From: Gemmatimonadota bacterium
Lineage (GTDB): Bacteria; Gemmatimonadota; Gemmatimonadetes; Gemmatimonadales; Gemmatimonadaceae
Reading direction: 5' to 3'
Assembly: GCA_003131365.1 (NCBI GenBank)
Contig: PKVB01000165.1
Coordinates: 32,785-65,208, forward strand
Length of the DNA: 32,424 nt
Shown here: piece after piece, positions 25,496-32,424 of the stretch
Numbering within the stretch: position 1 is the first letter of the stretch
Layout of the letters: each line of letters starts with the position of its first letter
Position numbers and translations under genes: made by a program
The notes under the pieces: model-generated
Seen by the model: the letters and a program-made list of their open reading frames with translations, nothing else
Told to the model about the DNA's origin: nothing
The model's database searches: none

Positions 25496-27108
25496 CCGAG
25501 CATTCCGATGAGCTGACCGGCCCTGACCTGACGCAGGGTCTCGAGGTCAGCAGTATTCACGCGGGTCAGCTCATCGCCGGTCACGCATTTGGAGAGCCGG
25601 TGCTGCTCGTTCATGTCGAGCCAAACTGGTTCGCCGTGGGCGGCAAGTGCACGCACTACGGCGCTCCGCTCGACCAGGGTGTCCTCGTCAGCGAAACCAT
25701 CCGCTGCCCCTGGCACCACGCCTGCTTCGAGCTCCGCGACGGGGCGGCATCCCGCGCGCCGGCGCTCAACGATCTGCCTTCGTACGATGTCGCAGTCGAG
25801 AACAACATTGTACGAGTCACCCGCAAACGAGATCGCGGACAGCTAAAGGCTGAAGGTCACCGGGCTCGCGGGTCGCCTGCGCCGGAACGTGTTCTGTTCG
25901 AGGAAAAGCCTACGACTGGCCCGGAGTCGGTCGTGATCATCGGCGGCGGCGCCGCTGGGAATGCGTGCGCCGAGATGCTGCGGCGTGAGGCATATAGAGG
26001 CCCGGTCACCATCATTGACCCGGATCCCGATGTGCCCTACGACCGGCCCAATCTCTCGAAGGACTATCTCGCCGGAAACGCGCCGGAAGAGTGGCTTCCA
26101 CTTCATCCCCGAGAGTTTTACGTCGCGCAGCACATCGAGATTCTCTCGGGGCTGAAGGTCACGGCAATCGACCTCCGATCCAGAGCGGTGCATCTGAGCG
26201 ATGGCAGTAGTCGGAATTACGGCTGCCTGCTCATCGCGACGGGCGCGACTCCCATCCGTCTGGACGTTCCGGGCGGCGATCGGATCGCCTACCTGCGTAC
26301 TCTCGGAGACTGCCGCGCGATCATCGCGAAGCTCGGCGCCGCGAAGACAGCGGTGGTCATTGGTGCGAGCTTCATCGGATTGGAAGTCGCCGCCTCTCTC
26401 GTCAGCCGCGGACTGAAGGTGAGCGTCGTCGCTCCGGAGACGCTTCCCCTCGAGCGTGTGCTCGGTACCGAGCTGGGAACTCTCGTCAAGACTGTTCACG
26501 AGCAGCAGGGCGTCACGTTTTGCCTCGGGCGCACGGTGACAGCCATCGAGGAGAAGAAGGTGGTTCTCGACGACGGATCCCGGGTCGACGCGGACCTGGT
26601 CGTTGCCGGAGTTGGAGTACGGCCCGACCTGCAGCTCGCCGAATCAGCCGGCCTGACGCTCGATAACGGGCTCGCCGTCAACGAGTTTCTCGAGACCAGC
26701 GCCAGCGGAGTCTTTGCCGCCGGTGACGTGGCACGCTGGCCTGACGCGTACTCTGATCTCCGTCTTCGCATCGAGCACTGGGTCGTGGCCGAACGTCAGG
26801 GACAGGTCGTCGCTCGCAACATGCTCGGCGCCCGGGATTGCTTCGACGACATTCCATTCTTCTGGAGCGCCCACTACGACAAGTTGTCAATACAGTACAT
26901 CGGTCACGTCGAGCGTTGGGATGAAACCAGAATCGAAGGAGACGTGATGAAGATGGACTGTGCGGTTTCCTACATGGTTGGGAGCAGGCGCCGGGCAATG
27001 GCGACAATCAATCGCGATCGAAAGAATCTGGAGACGGAAGTGCAGCTGGAAACCGAGCTATTGCTCAAACCGCCGCCGGCTGTCACGCTCGAAGCGACGG
27101 AGGCCTGA
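25492..27108 (+). CDS. Rieske [2Fe-2S]-fused FAD-dependent oxidoreductase (AIF/ferredoxin reductase-like)
   Basis: CTHYG and CPWHHACF Rieske ligands; IIGGGAAG, PYDRPNLSK, GASFIGLE, VFAAGD, PFFWS. Confidence 0.93.
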   Translation: MTEHSDELTGPDLTQGLEVSSIHAGQLIAGHAFGEPVLLVHVEPNWFAVGGKCTHYGAPLDQGVLVSETIRCPWHHACFELRDGAASRAPALNDLPSYDVAVENNIVRVTRKRDRGQLKAEGHRARGSPAPERVLFEEKPTTGPESVVIIGGGAAGNACAEMLRREAYRGPVTIIDPDPDVPYDRPNLSKDYLAGNAPEEWLPLHPREFYVAQHIEILSGLKVTAIDLRSRAVHLSDGSSRNYGCLLIATGATPIRLDVPGGDRIAYLRTLGDCRAIIAKLGAAKTAVVIGASFIGLEVAASLVSRGLKVSVVAPETLPLERVLGTELGTLVKTVHEQQGVTFCLGRTVTAIEEKKVVLDDGSRVDADLVVAGVGVRPDLQLAESAGLTLDNGLAVNEFLETSASGVFAAGDVARWPDAYSDLRLRIEHWVVAERQGQVVARNMLGARDCFDDIPFFWSAHYDKLSIQYIGHVERWDETRIEGDVMKMDCAVSYMVGSRRRAMATINRDRKNLETEVQLETELLLKPPPAVTLEATEA

Positions 27109-27111
27109 CCA

Positions 27112-27532
27112 ATGGCAACACGACTGGTTCGCGCTTCTGAGGATGATGAAACCACTGAGACCGATCGCAGCGGTGAGTTCGAGGATCTGATACGGCGCGA
27201 GCTGGAACTGATCGGCGAGGATCCCAAGCGCGAGGGCCTGCTCGAGACTCCGCAGCGCGTCGCCAAGGCAATGAAGTTTCTGACCGAAGGCTACAACTCG
27301 AGCGCCGAGGAAGTGGTCGGTCGGGGCATCTTCAAGGAAGAGCACGACAACATGATCATGGTGCGCGACATCGAGCTCTACTCGCCACCTATGCATGATG
27401 ATGCGCGGAGTGCAGAAGCAGAACTCGAAGACGATCACTTCGGCGCTTAGAGGCGCATTCCGCGAAGATCCCAAGACGCGCGACGAATTCCTGCGTCTGG
27501 CTCATTCCTCCAGCGGAACCCTCCAGTTCTGA
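27112..27532 (+). pseudogene. folE: GTP cyclohydrolase I with internal deletion and frameshift
   Basis: The N-part (GEDPKREGLLETPQRVAKA...VRDIELYS, to 27384) is followed, after one extra C, by the C-part in another frame ([31 protein letters not shown], stop 27530-32). The CEHH, GLSK and RLQVQER core is absent. Confidence 0.9.
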
Positions 27533-27544
27533 CGGGAGTGATGG

Positions 27545-29041
27545 CTACGCCTTGCTGATCGCGAATATGTGCGCGACATCTTCCTCGAATTCCTGGATGC
27601 GCGCTCTTTTCACCTGATCGTTCCAGCCGAGAAGTGGCGCCACAATGTCCGCGGCGCGCGGCGCGACGTTCCTTCCGTGATCGCGCGTCTCGAACGCCAG
27701 ATGCGTGCGGCGGACCAGCAAGTCGCTGAGATCCTGCGCCATCTCCCTCGAAACGCCGTAAACGAGATGCGCTCCCGTATAGGGGAGTCCTTCTACCAGC
27801 GGTTTTGAAAGAGCACGGTCTTCTTGCTGCAGCCGCGCGATTTCCTTCGGGCGATCCGCGCCCGGAAGCTCGACGGAGTCCGTAGCAGCCGCCTTCTTCT
27901 CGCGGCCAAGCGCTTCCTGAACGCGGTCCACGATCTCGGCAGCCATCGACCGGTAGGTCGTGAGCTTGCCACCCGTGACATTGATCACCCCGGAACTGTC
28001 GGTCACGATGCTGTGCTCGCGCGAGACCGCGCCTGGATTTGCGGCCTTGGCGCTTGCGAGCGGACGGATCCCCGCCCAGGCGCTCACCACATCATCAGGG
28101 GTGAGCTGAGCCCGCGGAAAGTATGCGTTTGCCGAGCGAAGGAGATATTCCACGTCGCTGGCTGAGGCGTGCACCGTCTCTGGAGATTCGTCGGTCCAGG
28201 TATCGGTCGTGCCGATAATCGCCTGCGGCCCGGCGGGGAGGCAGAACATGACGCGACCATCAACGGGGGAGATGAGAGTAAGTGCGTCCCGGTTTCCTAC
28301 GCGTTCTCGAGGCACTCCAATGTGAACGCCCTTGCTGCCGCGCAGCCGCCGAGCACGTTCGTCGCTGTCGAACGCGTTCTGCCAGACGCCGGTCGCATTG
28401 ACGACGACTCGTGCGCGGATGTCCCGGCTTTCGCCGGAGTGCTGCGATCTCGCGACCGCTCCCACGGCCTTGGCGCCATCGCGAATTATCTCGCTCACGC
28501 GTGTATGACTCAAGACGGTCGCACCGAGCTCTCGAGCGGCGATCGCGTTCGCCACCGTCAGACGCGCATCATCGGTGCTTGCGTCGTAGTAGACAGCGCC
28601 GCCCGTAAGCCCCACACTGTTGAGACTCGGCTCGCGTTCAAGTGTCTCCGCCGCGTTCAGCGTCGAGTGCTTCCGCGATCTCCCCACCGCCATTAGCTGA
28701 TACACGAGGAGTCCGGCGCTCAACTTCACCTTTCCGACGCGAGCACCACGGTAGATCGGCCAGGTGAAGGCCAGCGGCTTCACCAGGTGCGGGGCAATCC
28801 GAAGCAGTGTCTGCCGCTCGCGGATCGACTCGTGAACGAGGTGCAGCTGCCCCTGCTCCAGATACCGGATTCCGCCGTGAATCAGTCGCGAGGAGCGGCC
28901 CGACGTTCCGCTCGCGAAGTCGTCACGCTCGACCAGCGCAACGTTCAGGCCGCGCATTGCAGCATCGCGCGCGACGCCGCAGCCAGTGATGCCTCCCCCG
29001 ATTACGAGAAGGTCGAATTTGTCCCCAGAGAGTCCAGTCAT
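27545..29041 (-). CDS. glpD: FAD-dependent glycerol-3-phosphate dehydrogenase
   Basis: DLLVIGGGITG, DFASGTSGRSSRLIHGGIRYLE, DDARL, IGTTD, GIRPL, GGKLTTYR. Confidence 0.93.
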   Translation of the reverse strand: MTGLSGDKFDLLVIGGGITGCGVARDAAMRGLNVALVERDDFASGTSGRSSRLIHGGIRYLEQGQLHLVHESIRERQTLLRIAPHLVKPLAFTWPIYRGARVGKVKLSAGLLVYQLMAVGRSRKHSTLNAAETLEREPSLNSVGLTGGAVYYDASTDDARLTVANAIAARELGATVLSHTRVSEIIRDGAKAVGAVARSQHSGESRDIRARVVVNATGVWQNAFDSDERARRLRGSKGVHIGVPRERVGNRDALTLISPVDGRVMFCLPAGPQAIIGTTDTWTDESPETVHASASDVEYLLRSANAYFPRAQLTPDDVVSAWAGIRPLASAKAANPGAVSREHSIVTDSSGVINVTGGKLTTYRSMAAEIVDRVQEALGREKKAAATDSVELPGADRPKEIARLQQEDRALSKPLVEGLPYTGAHLVYGVSREMAQDLSDLLVRRTHLAFETRDHGRNVAPRAADIVAPLLGWNDQVKRARIQEFEEDVAHIFAISKA

Positions 29042-29085
29042 TCTAGCAAGGTCGAGAGGGCCGCGGAATCAGCCAAAGTATAAGG

Positions 29086-29098
29086 AATTTGATCGCAA
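29086..29098 (+). promoter_or_regulatory. Ada box (AAT-N6-GCAA)
   Basis: AAT-TTGATC-GCAA(GATT) upstream of ada matches the A-box/B-box recognised by methylated Ada. Confidence 0.72.
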
Positions 29099-29179
29099 GA
29101 TTCGGATATCGCGCTTTCTGGCGTGCCAGCATCGTTCGGTACGAGCAGTTAGACAGACCGTTCGACCAGTGGGGATACG

Positions 29180-29311
29180 ATGCAAGCTTATCGCGTAGTG
29201 GCCATGGGAGATCAGACCACTGGCTGTTATGATTTTCTGATCGAGAGGACGACTGACGAAGATGACCTCGAGCAAGACGAGAGATCAATCGGAGGACCTT
29301 CCCATGAATGA
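29180..29311 (+). CDS. Candidate 43-aa acidic small protein upstream of ada
   Basis: MQAYRVVAMGDQTTGCYDFLIERTTDEDDLEQDERSIGGPSHE; GGGGA shortly before the ATG; overlaps the ada start by 8 nt. Below the ORF-track cutoff. Confidence 0.4.
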   Translation: MQAYRVVAMGDQTTGCYDFLIERTTDEDDLEQDERSIGGPSHE

Positions 29312-30377
29312 AGCCATTGCCTGGGAGTCCGTCCTCAACAGAGACGCCTCTGCCGATGACCGCTTGCTCTATGGAGTCACCACGACGGGCATCTATTGCC
29401 GTCCATCGTGCCCCTCGCGGCGGCCGAAGCGCGATAACGTCGCCTTCTTCTCCTCCGCGGCTGCCGCGGAGCACGCAGGATTCCGCGCCTGCCAGCGGTG
29501 CACTCCGAATCGCGCGAAATCGCCACACCGCGGCGTCGAGCGCGCGCGGGATTACATCGACACCCACATCGGTGATCTCGGCGAGGAGCGCATCACGCTC
29601 GAGCTGCTCGGCGAACAATCGGGTCTCAGCCCGTATCATCTCCAGCGGAAATTCAAGGAGCTCCTCGGGCTGACACCGGCGCAGTACATCCGCGCCCGGA
29701 AGAGCGAGCGACTCAAGAGCGAGCTGAAGCGCGGCGAAACCGTGAGTCGTGCCACCTTCGGCGCCGGATACGGCTCCAGCAGCAGAGTTTACGGCGATTC
29801 CGACAAAAGGCTCGGAATGACGCCGGCAACGTATCGTCGTGGCGGTGCGGGAGCGCACATCGACTACGTGACTGCAAAGACTTCGCTCGGCACTCTGCTC
29901 GTCGGCGCGACCGATCGGGGCGTCTGCGCGGTGACGCTCGGCAACGACGCAAAGACTCTCGAGGCGGCGCTCGAGCAGGAGTATCCAGCGGCAACGCGCA
30001 CGCACGTCGCGACTCCATCGAGTTCTCTAAGCGGTTGGGTGGCGGAAATTATCGAGGCTGTAGATAGCGATCGCGTGCGGCTGGACATTCCGTTTGACAT
30101 CCAGGCCTCCGCATTTCAATGGAAGGTGTGGCATGAGCTGCAGAAGATTCCGTTCGGCGAAACGCGGTCCTACGGTGAAATCGCAACTGCAATCGGATCT
30201 CCGAAGGCCGTGCGGGCGGTGGCAAGCGCGTGCGCGAACAATCGAGCGGCTGTCGTTATCCCGTGTCATCGTGTCGTACGGCAGAGCGGCGCTCTCGGCG
30301 GATACCGGTGGGGCCTCGAGCGCAAGAGGCAACTGATCGAGAAAGAGCGTGCCACCAGAGACAAGGGCACGTCCTAG
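29304..30377 (+). CDS. ada: Bifunctional transcriptional activator/O6-methylguanine-DNA methyltransferase Ada
   Basis: TTGIYCRPSCPSR..FRACQRC Zn site, AraC-type HTH, IPCHRV active site; GGAGG before ATG 29304 (alternative start 29262). Confidence 0.95.
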   Translation: MNEAIAWESVLNRDASADDRLLYGVTTTGIYCRPSCPSRRPKRDNVAFFSSAAAAEHAGFRACQRCTPNRAKSPHRGVERARDYIDTHIGDLGEERITLELLGEQSGLSPYHLQRKFKELLGLTPAQYIRARKSERLKSELKRGETVSRATFGAGYGSSSRVYGDSDKRLGMTPATYRRGGAGAHIDYVTAKTSLGTLLVGATDRGVCAVTLGNDAKTLEAALEQEYPAATRTHVATPSSSLSGWVAEIIEAVDSDRVRLDIPFDIQASAFQWKVWHELQKIPFGETRSYGEIATAIGSPKAVRAVASACANNRAAVVIPCHRVVRQSGALGGYRWGLERKRQLIEKERATRDKGTS

Positions 30378-30409
30378 ATAGATAAACGGCGCCCGTCTAA
30401 GTTCCCTTC

Positions 30410-31708
30410 ATGGCTACATTCGGGAACGGGCGCCGCGTCGCGATAGTTGCGGGCGTGCGGACGCCATTTGCAAAAGCTGGAACCGCCTTCAAGACGATTT
30501 CCGCAATCGACCTCGGCAAGCTGTGCGTAGCGGAATTGTTGCAGCGCACGAATCTGGACGGGAAGGAAGTGCAGGCGCTCGTGTTCGGCACGGTGATTCC
30601 ATCGGTGGTCGCGCCGAACATCGCGCGTGAGGTCTCGCTGCTGCCGCTCCTGCCCAAGGGCGTCCAGGCCTACACCGTGAGCAGAGCGTGCGCGTCGGCG
30701 AATCAGGCGATCACCGACGCCGCTGACCAGATCGCTCTCGGCCACCTCGATGTCGCGATCGCTGGCGGCTCGGAATCTCTGTCCAACATTCCGATTCTTC
30801 ACTCGCAAAGGTTTGCCGAGACGCTCCTTCTCGCGTCGAAAGCGAAATCGCTGCCGGCGCGGCTCCGGACTCTCGCGCGCCTGCGTCCGAAAGATTTCAT
30901 TCCCATCACCCCGGCGATCGCCGAACCCACGACCGGCGAGACGATGGGGCAGTCAGCGGAGAAAATGGCCAAGCTCAACGCGATCACGCGCGAGGAGCAG
31001 GATCATTTCGCGCTCCGCTCGCACCGGCTCGCGTCCGCCGGCACCGCCGATGGAAGATTGACGGCCGAGATCATGCCGGTCTACGTGCCGCCCAAGTTCG
31101 AAAGCGTGCTGACGTCTGACAATGGGATTCGCGAGGACACGAGCTACGAGCAGCTGGCGGCGCTCAAGCCCGTGTTCGACAGAAAGTACGGCAGCGTGAC
31201 GGCGGGCAATTCGTCGCCCCTCACGGATGGTGGCGCGTGCGTTCTGCTCATGAGCGAGGAGAAGGCGAAGGCGCTCGGCTATGCTCCGTTGGGGATAATC
31301 AAGTCGTATGCGTACGCGGCGCTCGATCCGGGAGAGCAGCTACTCCAGGCACCGGTGCTGGCCGCACCGGTCGCGCTCAAGCGCGCAGGCCTCTCGTTGA
31401 AGGACATTGACCTGGTGGAGATGCACGAAGCGTTCGCCGCGCAGGTGTTGTCGAACCTGAAGGGATTCGAATCGAAGTGGTGGGCAGAGAGAGCGGGTTT
31501 CTCACAGCCGGTGGGCGAGGTGGACAGAGCGAAGCTCAACGTCATGGGCGGCTCGATCGCCATTGGCCATCCATTCGGAGCGACCGGTGCGCGAATCACG
31601 ACGACGCTTCTGAACGAGCTGCAACGGCGCGGCGGGCAGTTTGGACTGATGACCGTGTGCACGGCCGGCGGTATGGGCTTCGCGATGGTGGTCGAGAGAA
31701 CACAATGA
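30410..31708 (+). CDS. fadI: Acetyl-CoA C-acyltransferase (3-ketoacyl-CoA thiolase) FadI
   Basis: GVRTPF, PNIARE, VSRACAS, MHEAFAAQVL, GHPFGATG, CTAGG; coupled to fadJ. Confidence 0.92.
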   Translation: MATFGNGRRVAIVAGVRTPFAKAGTAFKTISAIDLGKLCVAELLQRTNLDGKEVQALVFGTVIPSVVAPNIAREVSLLPLLPKGVQAYTVSRACASANQAITDAADQIALGHLDVAIAGGSESLSNIPILHSQRFAETLLLASKAKSLPARLRTLARLRPKDFIPITPAIAEPTTGETMGQSAEKMAKLNAITREEQDHFALRSHRLASAGTADGRLTAEIMPVYVPPKFESVLTSDNGIREDTSYEQLAALKPVFDRKYGSVTAGNSSPLTDGGACVLLMSEEKAKALGYAPLGIIKSYAYAALDPGEQLLQAPVLAAPVALKRAGLSLKDIDLVEMHEAFAAQVLSNLKGFESKWWAERAGFSQPVGEVDRAKLNVMGGSIAIGHPFGATGARITTTLLNELQRRGGQFGLMTVCTAGGMGFAMVVERTQ

Positions 31709-32424
31709 GCCCGACTTCGGAAGTTACGATCGGCGGGCTGGTAGGCACGCGCTGGAAGCCGGCGCTCTCGGTCGAGGTCACGGATGGCATCGCGATCATA
31801 ACGTTCGATCTCCCGAACGAGTCGGTCAACAAGCTGAACCGCGCGGTCAAGGACGAGTTCGTCGCGCTTGTGAGCAGGCTGGAGCGCGACACCACCGTCA
31901 CGGCCGCGGTGTTCGTGAGCGGCAAGCCCGACGTGTGGATTGCGGGCGCCGACATCGAGGAGTTTGTGCAGCTGAAGACCGCTACGGACGCCGAGCGGCT
32001 GAGCAGGGACGGTCAGATGCTGCTCGATTCGATTGAACACCTTCGAGTGCCGATAATCGCCGCGATACATGGCGCGTGTCTGGGCGGAGGACTCGAGACC
32101 GCGCTCACCTGCCACTATCGCATTGCGACCGATCATGCAAAGACCATCCTCGGTCTTCCCGAAGTTCAGCTGGGGCTGATTCCCGGCGCGGGCGGAACGC
32201 AGCGGCTGCCGCGCAGAATCGGACTCACGAACGCGCTGGACATGATTCTCACCGGCAAGCAGGTCCGCGCCAAGAAAGCGCTCGACTTGGGGCTGATCGA
32301 TGAGCTCGTGCACCCGTCCATACTGCGCAGCGTCGCGATCCAGCGGGCACGTGAGGTCGCGGAGGGAAGAAAGAAGAGCGAGCGGCACACCGGAGGAATA
32401 AAGGGCCTGCTCATCGATGGGAAG
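31705..32424 (+). CDS. fadJ: Partial fatty acid oxidation complex subunit alpha FadJ (enoyl-CoA hydratase domain), runs off the window edge
   Basis: Manual translation from ATG 31705 (ATGA overlap): FDLPNESVNKL, SGKPDVWIAGADI, AIHGACLGGGLE, LGLPEVQLGLIPGAGGTQRLPR. Confidence 0.9.
   Translation, partial: MSPTSEVTIGGLVGTRWKPALSVEVTDGIAIITFDLPNESVNKLNRAVKDEFVALVSRLERDTTVTAAVFVSGKPDVWIAGADIEEFVQLKTATDAERLSRDGQMLLDSIEHLRVPIIAAIHGACLGGGLETALTCHYRIATDHAKTILGLPEVQLGLIPGAGGTQRLPRRIGLTNALDMILTGKQVRAKKALDLGLIDELVHPSILRSVAIQRAREVAEGRKKSERHTGGIKGLLIDGK

Noticed and set aside
27379-27394. Programmed frameshift restoring FolE
   Set aside because: There is no slippery sequence, and an in-frame fusion would still lack the CEHH/GLSK/QER core.
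3378-32388. Long antisense or alternate-frame ORFs (e.g. 3378-4550, 13966-14916, 19339-20529, 20866-21864, 29043-30005, 31279-32388)
   Set aside because: These are shadow ORFs of well-supported genes in high-GC DNA, with no recognisable motifs.

Overview
GC-rich bacterial chromosomal window, most consistent with Gemmatimonadota (inferred from gene style, not verified). It is densely coded with about 35 mostly housekeeping or accessory genes and contains no rRNA, tRNA, CRISPR array or transposase. Main content: thioesterase, RNase D, TonB-like lipoprotein, DUF59/SufT, serine hydrolase, an ECF sigma/anti-sigma/dual-PDZ operon, a larC-larE-larB nickel-pincer cofactor operon with no larA in the window, DoxX, an MFS-MarR fusion, a DUF305/LVIVD pair, queG, a metallophosphoesterase-PPTase pair, two cupredoxin lipoproteins, a LOG/deoxyhypusine-synthase-like operon, greA, a SufR-like regulator divergent from DUF4142-Rieske reductase-folE, glpD, ada and fadI-fadJ. 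The most notable items outside the ORF track are: (1) a degenerate array of 34-nt hairpin repeats in the leader of the LOG-DHS operon; (2) a 196-bp rod-like palindrome; (3) folE broken by an internal deletion plus frameshift; (4) a promoter-proximal terminator before greA; (5) an operator palindrome formed by back-to-back -35 boxes; (6) an Ada box followed by an unannotated 43-aa ORF; (7) repeated leaderless-gene signatures.
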